Source: Lama guanicoe (Eukaryota). Taken from it: a DNA stretch of 64,000 bases. The notes under the pieces were generated by a model that saw nothing but the letters and a program-made list of their open reading frames with translations, did not search any database and was not told the DNA's origin. The DNA lies in the NCBI GenBank assembly GCA_013239625.1, contig MU054001.1, positions 6,683,078-6,747,077 of the forward strand, written 5' to 3'. Positions 25,451 through 38,500 of the stretch are shown here, in pieces (position 1 is the first letter of the stretch; the number at the start of each line of letters is the position of its first letter). The position numbers and the translations under genes were made by a program.

Positions 25451-28400
25451 AGATCAGATGATGTAACTGACCCCATTTAAATCACCTGCAGTGGGAGATT
25501 TTCCCAAAGGAAAAGGGGGTGAGGGTGCTGTTACTGGGAAGGGAGGGCAGACATAGTTGAACGGCTGTGGTCTAACATGACCCGTCTGCTCTTACATGCA
25601 TTTGGTCTGTTATCCTCCCCACACTTTCCACCTGAACTGCTCACTATAATGTCCTGGATGCTTGACTGGCTTTTTACAGCATGAAGTAGGCAAAAAAAAA
25701 TGATTCCCCAAGACAAATGCATGGTACCCCAGAAGCCCAGGATTGAGGGGAGACGTTACCTAAGGAATTCAGGGAAAGAGTTGGGACAAACAGATGGTGG
25801 CATGAAAAGGGCGTAAGAAGTTAATAAACTTTAGTATTTATTGAGCACTTACTAAGATGTATTAAGTACTTACTATATTGCAACCATCGCTCTGCCTTTT
25901 CTTCACAACACCTCTATTTTACAGGTGGTAACTGAAGCTTAGAGAGGTTAATCAACATTCAAAGGTCACACAGCTCCTAACTGGCAATGCGGGAGCACCA
26001 GAGCCCATTGTTTTGATCAGCTTTCTGTATTGCTCCCCAGTTAAACCAGATGTCAAAAGACTTGGGTTTAAAATGTAGATGGGTGGGCTATTGGCTTTTT
26101 AATTCTTACTTTCATACATTTTCTAGATTTCTTTTCGTGAATGTATATTACTTCTATAATTAAAAACAAAAATACATTGTGCAGAAAACAGAGAAGCCTG
26201 TTCTATGGCTGTGACTCTACCCTTAACCCGCTCATCACCCCTGACTTTTCTTTCCCTGCTCTGGGCCTCTGAGTTCCAGGTCATATCTATGGCTGCTGAC
26301 AGCCCAGATTTCCTGGGCTCCTCGTCTGACTTCCCTTCCCAGGCACGCAAGGGGACCAGTTTCTGGAACTAAGTCAAGTGAGAAGGCTGGCCCCACGGAT
26401 GCAAAATGGAAACCAAGGGGAACCAGGTCAGGGTGGCTCAGGAAGCCAAAAATTCCAGGCACATAGAGTCCAAGGCATGGGGAGAGGACAGCAAGCTGGT
26501 GTGAAGGAAGGACTGACAGCAGTGACCAGATAAGACAGCCCAGCCAATGCAGGAGAAACTCCCGCTCAGCCAACACAAAGGCTGGGAGTGCAAACATCTG
26601 TGGACACTGCCCTCCCACACCTACCTGCTTTCCTCTGGGGAACCACCCCTTGCCCACTGCACACCGTCTTGGTGGGCAGAGTGTTAGTTGGAGGACAGAA
26701 GCTTTCCCATGGGGGGGACACCTCACTGCTCTGGTGTCACATCCCCAGAGCTGTGCTGGTTCCTGTCTGTCCCAAAGAACACTTCTTCCACTTTTCCTTC
26801 AGCTAAGTGTCTGCTTAAGTTCACCAAAGTCAGTTTCTCTTGCTTATAACCAGAGAACCCTAATAGATACAACTCTTTCTTTGTTTGGACAATCCAATAC
26901 AATTTTGCTGTGCCAATCTTCAGGTCAACAATCATTTACTGAGCCCTGCTGAATCTATACGGAGCGCCTCCACACACGGAAAGATTTTCCAGAGACAAAA
27001 TTCATGGCTGCAGAGTCAGTTACCCAGGATCCAGGGCTGAGTAACTTCTGGGTGCCCGACCCAAGGCTTGACTCCAACTGGAGTCCGTGTCTCTAATCTG
27101 CCAGCTGACCATGAGTTATGTCCTCCTCTGACCAGATCGCGGCACCCAGCCTTGCTCACAGTTTATGGCCCAAACCATGGTTGCCTGGCACCACCTCCCA
27201 GCCTATACCTGACTGCGGCTCCTGCCCTGCCTTTTCTCTCTGGCTTTTGGTCTAGACCCTTGCTTGAGGCTGCTGCTTTTCCTGGACTGACTTCTTCCTG
27301 GCTTCCCTCTTCAACTGTGACTTGAATTTTCCTTCCGTCATTCACTAAACAAATATTTATTGAGCATTACCAACTGCCAGGCATAAAGGATCCCAAACTG
27401 AGCTAGACAGATATGGTCCTTATCATCATGAATTTAGAAGCCCGTAGAGAAGGCTGATGTTAAACAAACAATTAAAATAAAATGTGATGCGTGATGCGGA
27501 GGAATTAGAAAGAGCTGCAGGTGCACAGCGCAAGGCCCTAAAGCTCGTCTAGAGCTCGGGGAAGGCCCCCCCGAAGACAAATGAGTTTGAAGAACACCTG
27601 AGGAATTCGAGAGGAGCAGATTGAGTTGCAGGACCTGGACGGCATCCAGGTGACTGCCTTACACTGTGGGTTGTGGGGAAATCTGCTGAGCTGGCCTGGG
27701 CAAACCCCCTCCCACCTAAACCCAACCCAGTGCCCAGTATTCCAGCAACACTGGCCTGAGGGCCCCATCCTCATGACGTTGCCTTGACTGTGACACAGAC
27801 ACATTCAGGCATGACTTGCTGGATGTCCCAAACCAGCTACCGAGGGAAGAGTCACCCCTGTGGAACAGGAGAAGCTTCCTGGGGGCTGGTAACCTCCGAC
27901 TACGCTTGGTGGTGCCTCAGGGTGTGAGAGAGGCGCCAGCTGAGTTGTCAAACGATGTGTCATCCCAGCAGCTAGCAAACAATAAGGGGGCAGTAAACGC
28001 TCGTTGATGGGTTGATGATTGTTCCCAGAGCTGGGCCACAAAAACAGACCGTATCTTGACTGAGGCAGGCTTCACCTAAGACAGCCAGCCCTCCAGCAGC
28101 ACTGGGCCAAAGAAAGGGGTTAGATGCCCCCACTGACAGGGCAGAACTGGCGGGGAAGCCCTGGCACGGGAACTCTGCTTAGACATTCATCTACCACCAT
28201 CTCTTGCCCTGACCTGCTTTTAACTTCGCTTAGCCAGTCTCTGTCCTGTTTCTTTCCACACCCCCTCCCTCAGGGCCCAGCCATTTCTCCTTAAGAAGAT
28301 GCTGATTCTCCATCCTGCTGGCTCCCTGGGTGAGAGACCCAGCCCTAACCCCTCCCTGAGTCCTTTCCTTAAGGGTGGTTCCACCTCCTTACTCACCGAG

Positions 28401-29060
28401 GCCCTCGCCCGGGAGCATTTAAATGTAATCTTCCCTTTAACTGTGTGTTGCTGAGAAAACTTGTTCAGATTGAAAGCAATGTGATACCAGGAAAAAGGTT
28501 GCTTTTTTTTTTTTTAGTTTACAAAAATATCAGAACTGATAGTTGCACAATGACACTCAGGAGGGTGGAAAATTCAGTTTCAGATGTTACTCAAAGCAAT
28601 ACTTGTAAGTTTTCCCCCAACGCCAACACAGAGCTGAAAAACGAAAACAGCACATGGCTGGTGGCCACATGCAGAGCTCTGGGTGCCCTGACCCAACGGC
28701 CAGCCCAGCACATCCCATCAGCAGGCCAGCCTCATCTGTGACCCTCTGGTAGTCTCCCATCAGATGATCTGATTGTTCTCAAGCCAGTATCAGTTCTGCC
28801 TGAGGCTGGAACCGCCTCAGGAAGGCACAGGCTGTCGGGATTTTAAGCTCACGTGTTGGGGGTGGGGAGTGGAGGAGTGAGCCCCCTTCTCCAGGCCACT
28901 GCCCTCCTGGATCAGAGGGAGGCCCACATTTTCCTGCCACAGGCCTTTATGGAAAATTATTTTAATAAACGTTTATAACAGAAGCAAAACATGTGAATTT
29001 TAAAAAATGAGCACATTTCCAACCACTCAGAGGCGACCACTGCAGCCCCTTAGCGGATAT

Positions 29061-29572
29061 TGTCGACTGAAATAAACGCACAGCCTAGAAGTTGGGAGTT
29101 ATGCTTTATCTGGCGGGAGGAGTCGAGCTGGGATGACAGCCTCTCAGATCGCTCAGAAGGACTGCTCCAAAGAGGTAGGGGAGGAGCTGGGATATATAGG
29201 AGCTTTACAACAAAGACCAGGTAGTTGGAACAATAAAAGATTACTTGTTATCTAAAGAAAACCAGGGGAACTGAGAAAAAAAAAAAAGAAAACCAGGGAT
29301 CTCAAGTTAAAGAATTTAGTGCTTTTCTATGTATGGGAGGAAGCAAACATTTGGGCTCATTGAATTCGTTCCTTTGACAAGGGTCTAGCTATCTAGGCCA
29401 GTATCTTGTCCTTTATTATTCTGAGTCCCCTCAGGGTGCACCATTGTGAGTGGCTGCAGAGGCTGGGCTGCAGGCTTGTCCTCACTGGGGTGGGGGTGGG
29501 GGCGCCGCTGATGACTTGATGGTTTCAGCATTCTTTGTTTACCGATATGGTTTGCAGAATTTTTCATTCACA
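29061..29572 (-). mobile_element. MER41-like ERV1 solo LTR
   Basis: TG...CA termini, near-TSD ATAT/GTAT, minus-strand TATA (cctatatatc). Text resembles ungulate MER41-like LTRs (gacagcctctcagatcgctc...gactgctccaaagaggtaggggagg; atctcaagttaaagaatttagtgcttttctatgtatggga). Confidence 0.75.
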
Positions 29573-29579
29573 GTATCCT

Positions 29580-31050
29580 TCCAGGTTTCTTTCTGTGTAC
29601 AGATTTGTACATGTACTATTTTTACCAAAACGAGATCATACTATACATTGATTTTTTTCTCAAATTTTGAAAAATTTCCAACCTACAATAACTTGAAGAA
29701 CTAAAATAAACATTTCACCTAGAGTTATAAATTGGTACCATTATGCCACATTTGTTTTGTCTCTCTGTCCCCAATATACATAAATTCCTAAATATCTATA
29801 TCCAGATATAGATATGTACGTATCTACATCTAGATGTATGTATGTGTCTATATCCAGATACACAGATATCTAGTTAGCAAGACCTAGAGGATAAATATAG
29901 CAAGATACATACATGTATATTAACCATATGAGACTATGTTGCACATATCACGATCCTTCCCCACGAAATACCTTAGCATGTCTCCTAGGAACAAGGACAG
30001 ACACCTATACCACCACGGTATAATTACTACATTCAAGAAATTTAACACTGACACAATACTGTTAACTAATATTCAGCCCAGAGTCAAAGTCCCGTAATTC
30101 CCCAATACCATCGTCCTTCAAAGGGCTGTAAAATTGGTGTTGCAGGTTGGGTTCTTTGGAAGTCAACACACATCCAGGTGGAGTTTGGGGTGCAAGACGC
30201 TTATCAGGGAGAGGAAGAGAAGGATTGAGGCAGAAGAGGTTGAACCACACAGACCTGCTAAAGACCGTCCACCCAACGGAGACACTCTGGAGGGAAAATT
30301 GCCCATCGGAGGGTCCCGGACGGAGCCAAAACAGCCCTCCAGCCCCTCCCAGATCAGTCACTCCACAGGGCTGCCCTGGGAGGGGCTTGACCTGGGACAA
30401 GGCAGCTCTCTCGATGGAGCAGGTCCATAGGCGCTGTCTGGGGGCCACGCTCTCTGCAGCTGGGCAGAACATTCTGAGGGGTCCAGGTGTCTCACCTCCT
30501 TATCTTCCAGAGGTGGACTTTTTCCCTTTACAATCTGGATCCAATTAAGGGTCACTTGTTGCGCTAGTTGTTGTGTCTCTTAAGTCTCCTTTAAATTGTA
30601 ATATTTCCCCTGCCTTTTTGGGCCCTTTATGATATTAAGATTTTGAATGGCCCAGTCAGTTTTTTTGTGGAGTGTCCTTCAATTTGGATTTGTCTGACAC
30701 AGAGTTTCCCAACCTCCTTTGTTCAGCCAACAGTCTCCCATTCATTTCAATAAACATCCATGCCATGTAATACCCAAACAGCAATCAGATTTTCCCAGGT
30801 GACTACAACCACTTCATCAAACCAGTATCCAATCCGGGACCACAAATTCCATCCAGTAGTTGCATTTCGTAGGTCTCTTCATCCAGTGCAGTGTTCCTCT
30901 CGTGTGATCAGACCCAGTGGAGAGACCCACCCCTTGTCCTGCAGACCCTGTCCTCTGGGCTGTCAGACTGCTTCCGAGTGGTGCCGTTTAGCTGGATCCT
31001 CTGCTGGATGAATTCAAGTGAATCATGCATCATAGAGGTGACCATTCACC
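29580..31050 (-). mobile_element. Ancient L1 3'-region fragments interrupted by an LTR
   Basis: aaataccttagcatgtctcctaggaacaaggaca, tacattcaagaaatttaacactgacacaatact, gagtgtccttcaatttggatttgtctga. Confidence 0.55.
30138..30490. mobile_element. LTR33-like ERVL LTR
   Basis: tgttgcaggttgggttctttggaagtc...ggagtttggggtgcaagacgcttatcaggga. Confidence 0.55.
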
Positions 31051-34000
31051 ACAGAGGATGATGTATGCTGGGTGAAACACACAGTATCTGATAAGTGTGC
31101 ACTGCGAATCTTGAGTCGTGGGCCTCTCACCGAGTCTCTGGTGCTCACTCTGCCTCCTGTTTTCACGCTCCCTGTCACCCTCCAGTTGTTACAGAAGGGG
31201 ACGTGCCCAGTCACACCCCTTGCTCCCCAGCAGGGACCCTCAGAGGAGTGGGGAGGGGGGAGGGCCACAAGGACAGCGCTGGGGGCAGGATACCCGTGTC
31301 CCACCCTGACTCTATCGTCACCTTTCTGTGTGACTTCAGCTAAGCCCCTAGACCTCTCCTTTTACCAAGCGCACAAGTACAACACTCCAAGCCCTGCCTA
31401 GACCAGGGGATGTGGGAAGCCCATGCTCAGAGAAGGTCACACAACCAGCCTGCTTCTGCCACCCCTTCAGGGACAGGCCTGAGCTCGAAAGGCAGGAATA
31501 AAAGGCTCCAGACCCCCAAGGACTGCGCTCCAGGACCCTGAGCTGGAACCGGCCAGGCAGAGAGGCCTGGATTCGCAGTCAGGTCAGGCCACTCTGGGTT
31601 GGGCAGGGTCCTTCAAGGCTCAGACATAGCCACCCACACCTGCCAAGGCCCCACTCAGACGAGGTATGAAATGAGTGGTAGGAAGCAGCAGTGCCGGCCC
31701 AGAGGCCCAGGGGGAAGCTCATTCCTCCCTCTACCCAGAGTTGTCAGGGGTGCAGAGGCTTGAAATGGAGAGTGACACAGGAGTCTCGTAACCAAGACTT
31801 CTGGGGGTGAAGCATTGTGACTATGACTCCTGCCTGGAACAGCCCTTGGAGACCCCATGGCCTGGTCAGAACTGTTCGTTGAGCCAATAGAGGGCTGTTG
31901 CTTTCGTAGGAACATGAATGCCATGTACCTACTCCCCAGCAAGCACCTGCCAGCAAGCACCAGCACGCCCCACTGTCTGCATTCAGTCTTGTGCACGGTT
32001 CTACCAGCTGCCAGGTTGTCCTCCCTGCTCAGCCCCTGGAGGAAGGAGATTGCAGTCCCAGAGACAGGTGCTCCCCCATTTTAACTCGTGCCCCAGGCAG
32101 CAGGAGTGATGCCCCAGTCTGAGAACTGAGACTCTGGTCCCCAGTAGGGGCTGCTGCTCAGCCTGAGTGCCTCTCAGCTGTCTGGCCACCGCCTGTGACC
32201 CACTACTGGAGATTCAGCCATGAGGTTAAAATGCAAACTCCCTTCAGGAAGGAGGAGGCATATTTCCTCACTAGCAGCTTGGCATAAATTGGTTCATCAA
32301 ATGTCAGGAGAGAGAAAGGAAGGAAACTGGCGTCTATTGAGAGTTTACTCTGCCCTGAGGACTGGATACGCCCACCCAGTGAGCTTTCCCTGGCACGGTA
32401 ACATACATGTTACCCCCATTGTACAGACTGGAAAACCAAGACAAATTAGCTTCCCCTGAATTGCACAGACAGTAAAACACAGCCAGTTTTCGAACTCAGA
32501 TCTGAATGAGAAGCCGTGTTCCTCCCTCTACCCAGACCATGTCACCCTGAGCACCTCCTATGTGCTGGGCACAGGATTGGACACAGCCTCTGTCCTCACC
32601 CAGCTCCCAGCCTGGCAAGAGGAGAGTTAGACTGTGCACATGGCCCGCCCTCTGCCCCTTCTCCTTCACCCAAAACTTGAGCAAGCTTTTTCCAAGAGTG
32701 GCAGCTACCACTGGCAGGGCATGAGATGATGTTGGGTGAGGCACAGCATGAACTATTTTGTTTCAAAAGTTCAAAAATTCAATATAAAAATATAGCTGGT
32801 ACATAAAGACACATTTCACAGCCACTGCTGCAGATGAGGCCCCAGTGGTTGGCCGTGTGAGGACTGAGTGAAGGCCAGAAACAGGAGAGGACATTGCTCT
32901 GGATAATCCAGCTGGGACACTGGCCCTTCTGGGTAGGAGCCCAGGGGCAGAAGGGCCTCACTCCATCCCCTCTGGGCACCTGCCCCATCCTGGTGTCACT
33001 GAAAACAAGACCTCCTCTTCAAGTCCAGGACACCTGTGGCTCACTCCCAGCCACACCGGGTGACCTCACGCCTTTTTTTTTTTTTAACTTTTTAAAACTT
33101 TCATACTTTTCTCTTAAACCTACTGTTGACCAACAACATTTATATAATATCACAGTGTTCCCACATCAAAACTGATGGCAAAGTTGCAGTTCCACAGGGA
33201 ACTTAATTTTCCCCTAGTGCTGTGGTCTAAGCTGCGAATATCATTTGCTTAAAGCACTAATAACCTATCATAGGAAAGGACTGAAATCTTAGTCCCCTGG
33301 TGTTTTCAGTGGGTTCTAAAGATTTGGTGGCAGGGGGAAGAGAGGGAAAAAATTGTATTTGTGGGGAGGGGGTTCAGAGCCCTATCATTTTGCAGGGGGT
33401 TTGGTCTTGTGGTTTAGATTCTTGAGGGAATAAGGAATTTGGGTTGGGTATCAAAATTAAGAGCCTCACTACTTGAAAATGCAGATGTTTTCCAGCCTAT
33501 GTCCCAGGTCAGCAGGTGTAGCTCAGGAGGGTGGCCAGATCTCACAGGCACCGCTTCAGACACAGCACAGAGGTCAGGGGGGAGTGAGGGTGCAGGAAGG
33601 ACCCACTCCTTCCTTGTGCCCGGCTCAGAAGGAGTCACCAAGAGCTCGCCACTCCCCATCCTGGAACCACAGTCAGCAAATACACACACCCATGCACATG
33701 CACACATGCACACACACGTGCACGCACCCCAGCCCCTGCCATCACCACTCTTCAGAACCATGATACAATTAGGGCAGCATTCTGGAAATTACACATTCAT
33801 TGGAAAAGAAAATAGCTAGAAATGACTCAGAGCAATTTTGTTGACAAGAACTCATCAGGAGGCAGAAATGTCAGTTAATTAAAAGAATAAAGTGGTGTCT
33901 TCTCTGGGCTGGGGAATCACCACCCAAGCCAAACCAGCCTTTGGCGGGTATTTCATTTCTGGAAGGAGTGGAGAGCTGCACTCCCACGGAGTACGGCCGG

Positions 34001-34129
34001 GGTGCAGGACGGGGGAGAATGAACGTCAGAAAATCAGAGGGACAAAAAGTCAGAGGCGGAGAGAGACGCCCCTTAAAAATTCAGCTCAAAGGAGAGGGCA
34101 TGTGATCAGAACAAGAACAGGACGTCACT

Positions 34130-34290
34130 CAAGCACTTGTCCTTCAGGCCCTGTTCTAAGCCCTGTGCACACATCATCTCATTTAACCTTCACAGCCCCG
34201 CTGTGCGGTAGGTTCTGGTATTTTCCAGTCCCCATTTTACAGACAAAGGAATTGAGACTTAGATGAGATCAATTTTTTGCCCCAGGTTCC
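34130..34290. mobile_element. MIR SINE (one of many; others near 25.9, 32.4, 36.8, 37.9-38.2, 39.8, 40.3, 44.1-44.5 and 55.2 kb)
   Basis: MIR core catctcatttaaccttcacagcccc...cccattttacagacaaggaattgagacttagatgag. Confidence 0.75.
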
Positions 34291-35174
34291 CCTAATGAAA
34301 GGGAGAGAGGTCTACCACCTGTTGAGATTTTGGAAGCTCTAAGAAGGGCCTTAATGTGCGTCCACTTTTGCAGTGTTAGGAACCCCATTCCTTCACTTTA
34401 AGACCAGACTCATCAAAAATATCCCACTAAAACACAAATAGTGACCCCATGTTCAGTCCTGAAGACCTCCAGGCTGAAAGTAGAATGGAGTTAGGGCACA
34501 AAAGCAGAGCAACCATGTAACCCGGGGACTTCAGTTACCTAAGGAGGGGCAGCCTGAGACTGGGGATCCCAGGGAGGGCTGTCGGGCACTCAAAGGGCAG
34601 GCGAGCCAAAGGCCCCTGCACCCCAGCTGCCACAGCTGTGGCCCCACCAGTCTCCTGGCATGTCAGGAGTCTTCCCCACCAGGCCGAGTCACGGCTTCCA
34701 CTGGCCGCCTACGTCCCCGTGAGCAAACAATATGCCTGCCGTGAGCAGGGAGGGAGCAGTAGAGACCTTGTCAGTTACGAGTGGGCTCTCTGTTCCCTCC
34801 CAACTGCAGGAAGGCAGGGTCCAGGTGCTGTTAACCTCTGTGTTCCTCCTGCCAAGTGGAGGGGAGCTGAGGATGGATGAGGTCGTCCCTAAAGAACTGA
34901 AAACAAGGGGGAAGGTCACTTTCTGAGATTTAAACTATGAAATTAGCTCAGAGCAAAGTAGAACTGTGCAATGTCACCCTAGAGGGACAGACGGACCCTC
35001 AGTCTGCAAGCTCAACCATAACCTGGCTACAAGCCTAACAATAGACTGTCTCTGTCACAGGAAGGTAGCTGGCTCTAGGGGAAGTCAGAACAGGGACAGA
35101 TCAGGCCCTCCTGAGCAGTGTCCAAGGGAAATGGTGGCCCCATTTCAGTCGATCAAAAAAGAAATGCCTTTGCC

Positions 35175-35410
35175 GGGGGTGGGGAATAAACTGGGAGTTC
35201 AAGATTTGCAAATATTAACTACCATATATAAAATAGATAAGCAAGTTTCTTCTGTATAGCACAGGGAACTATATTCAATATCTTATAGTAACCTATAACA
35301 AAAAGGAATATGAAAATGAATATATGTATGCACATGTATGACTGAAACATTATGTTGTACACCAGAAATTAACACATTGTAAACTCACTATACTTTAATT
35401 AAAAAAAAAC
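35175..35410 (+). mobile_element. 5'-truncated L1 3'UTR
   Basis: gggaataaactgggagttcaagatttgca...ctgtatagcacagggaactatattcaatatc...acaccagaaattaacacattgtaaactcactatactttaattaaaaaaaaa. Confidence 0.85.
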
Positions 35411-35494
35411 CACCGTCACCATTACACCATACACTAGAATTTTGTACTCAGTGAAATTATCCTTCAAAAGTGAAGAAGAAATAATCTCTGAGAC

Positions 35495-35544
35495 AAAAAG
35501 AAAGAAAGAAAGGAAAAAAGCAAGAAAGCAAGCAAGCAAGCAAG
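35495..35544 (+). repeat. (GAAA)n/(GCAA)n microsatellite
   Basis: aaagaaagaaagaaagg...caagcaagcaagcaagc seen directly. Confidence 0.9.
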
Positions 35545-38500
35545 CTTGACCTGGGGATTCTGAGGGCAGTCAGGGCCATATTGGGAATGGGGGCTGCCTC
35601 AGACCACCATTTCCCAATGCACGGTCATTGGCATAGCTAGGTGCCCACTATGACCCCTTCTGATAAGCAGGCCTGCCACACAGCAGGCCAACAGGAGGGA
35701 AGACACTGGTCATGCCACACGGACCTCTGCCTGGCGTCTGGACCTATGGTTCTGCTTTAGTCTCCCATGGCTTTGGAGGTGTGGGTCGGCCTCCCTAAGT
35801 CCCGTGGGCTTGGAGATGCTGACCAGGTGCAGACTCTGAGCCCCAAGGACTGGGAGTTGGACTAGGGATTGTGGTAAATCCACCAACAGAAGAACTGCCT
35901 TATAGATCCAGCTTCTCCCCTCAGTGTCCACACACACTTTCTCTACCTGAAGTAGGTATTTGGTGTTGGATGGATGAGGGTTAGATGGACACACAGGTGA
36001 ACAGATAAGTTACTACAAGATGAAGTCTAGTCTCCCAGCCTCCAGCACTGAGCCATGCCCACCATGTTGGACATCTCTTTGGCTGTATCCCTGTCCTCTC
36101 CTCTCCCCACTGTGCCCAGCCCACGTTCTCGCTGACCATTTGATCTGGAGTCCAGCAGCAGGCGTGGGACGAGGGAACATCTCACAGTAGGGCAGGGCCC
36201 TTTCCTCCTCACTGAGGAGCCCTGACCTCCCCCTGTCCAGCTCTAGAGGGTAAGAGGGAGTCGAATGGGGGACACATTCCTCAGGACAGCACCCAACTGA
36301 AAGTCACATTCCATGGGCAACTGTCTGTGGTGCTGTCTGTGGCTTTGTGGCGCAGGAGCTGGGAGTGTTTTAGAGTTTGCTTGTTTAAGTAAACAGCATA
36401 CAGAGGTCTCTACCAAGCTCTGGAGATTGGCTGGTGAATCAGGATGGGTAAGTGGTTCCTCCCAGGGCAGTTCTCAGTGTGTGCCTGACAACATCCCACT
36501 CAGAGCAAAACCCGGCCCCCAGGACCAGATGGCAGCAGATGAAACTTCTCAAATCACGTTCACTTCCATGCCCTGCAGTGGTGTTCCCAACCCTTCCCAC
36601 TGCCCCATCCTTGTTCCTGGGCTGCTCTAAGGGTGGAAGGAACTGGACCTGGAGTTCAGAGGCTATGGTTCAAGTCCAGCCAGGGCTGCTGGGCACAGTT
36701 GCATGGCTTGTACCCCAGACACCTGGCAGCTGGATTCTGCTGCCAGCTGTGTGCCTACAGGACTGTGTTCACCCAAAGGTGCCATACGGGCTAGTAGGGA
36801 CCCAGGTCCAGGCCCTGCCATTACTCAGCTGTGTGAGCTTGGGTAAGTCATGGCCTCTCCTCCAAGCCTTGGTTTTCTGTGTAAGTTGGAGGTAAGAGTG
36901 ATACTTGGATACTTGTTCTGCCCACCTGGCAGGTGTGGGCCAGCGACTCGTGGGACCTGACAGTGAGTGCCTTGTGATCTATGAAAATGTTAGTCTGGCT
37001 CCTCTAAGGCTCTCCTGGGGCCACGCCCTGACTCCTACATGCCAGGACTCCCGCCTGGCTCCGCTACCGGGTCTGGCAGTGTTTTGGGACCCTGCCCCCA
37101 CTGCACCTGTTTCCCATTCTCTTCCATCTTTTTATTTCGCCTTCAAGACCTCTTCTCATGTTGCTGTTAAATTTTCATTGTTGATTGATATATTTTTTAA
37201 GTTATTGGAAAATAATCAAGGATTCTGGTTAAAAAAAAAAATTCAAACAGCTCTCTGAGGTAGAAGATGAAAAGGAGAGTTTCCCTGGCCCAAGGCCCTC
37301 TGCCTCACCCTGCATCGGCGGCCCTGTGTCCCAAAAGCCAGCTCCTCATTCTCTCTAAGCAGCCCAGGGCCTGAGACAGCCCTGCCAGGCTCAGCTTGTA
37401 CACACACCCTCAGCGGATTGAAGTCTTTAGGGGGAAGGGAGGAGTAGCACCGCGACCCCCTCAGCCCGGAACTCCGAACCCCTGTCTGTCATCTCTGGGC
37501 AGCAGGTGCTGGGTGCCTGAGGCTGCTGCCCACAGCCCCCACACCGGGGACAGAGGTGAGGGCGGAGGGGGCTCCTGGCGCTGCGCCTGTGAGGGAGTTG
37601 CTGACTGGCGTGGGTTCATAGCTTTTTCCAAAATGCCAATAAATCACCAATCTCTGCCTGACTCACCAGAATAGATTCGGTTACTTTATAAACTCTGATC
37701 CTTGGAAATGCATCACCCTCTCCCCAGCATCATTCCCTTCCCATAGCAGAGGACAGAGACAAAATCATCCCATCTGTGGGCCTCTAGCCACAGGGGTGGG
37801 TGTTGGAGGTGAGTGCAGGGTCTCTGGGTCTTTGAAGGCGGTAACTGCTGCTCAGAGGCACCTGGCTCCTGGTCCTAGCCTGTCCTGACTCCTATGTGTC
37901 CTTGGGGGCATCACTGTCCTGCTCTTTCCCCCAGTTTCCCCATCTTTACTAATCAGCATTGATTGAATTCACTGAGCTTTATTCATAAATTCACTTTACT
38001 TGTAATATGTCTGTGAATTCTACTAACACTTATTCTGTAAGGTAGGTACTCCCTGTCATCGTCCTCTTCTTTGTTATGGATTTAGAGCCCTGAGGCTTGG
38101 CGAGGTCAAAGGGCATCCCTACAGGGCACAAGATCTGCAGCGGCAGAGCCAAGGTTTGAGCTCCGCCATCCAAGCACAGCCCCGTGCAAACTGCCCGCTG
38201 TCCACATCTGGCCAAGCTCAATCTATAGCCAATTCCTAGCCCAGTCAGGTTTGCCAAAGGCGCAGGGCCACATGGCAAAGGCAGAGCCACCAGCCACCTG
38301 TGGGTCCAGATCATCCCCAGAGAAGACTCACTTGGGACCAGGAAGCTGCTCCAGTTGGTATCGCTTACACCCCTGTTAAGACAATTTCCTCACCAGTGAA
38401 TTCATGCTGATATTGGCACCCACTTCATGGATGGCTGTGAATTATCGATGAGCGGGGCATAAGTAAATTGTTTGACGTCTGGAAGTAATCCACAAGTATT

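Noticed and set aside
29061..29572. MER41-like LTR as an interferon-gamma (STAT1) enhancer
   Set aside because: I found no TTCnnnGAA GAS motif in this copy by manual scan.
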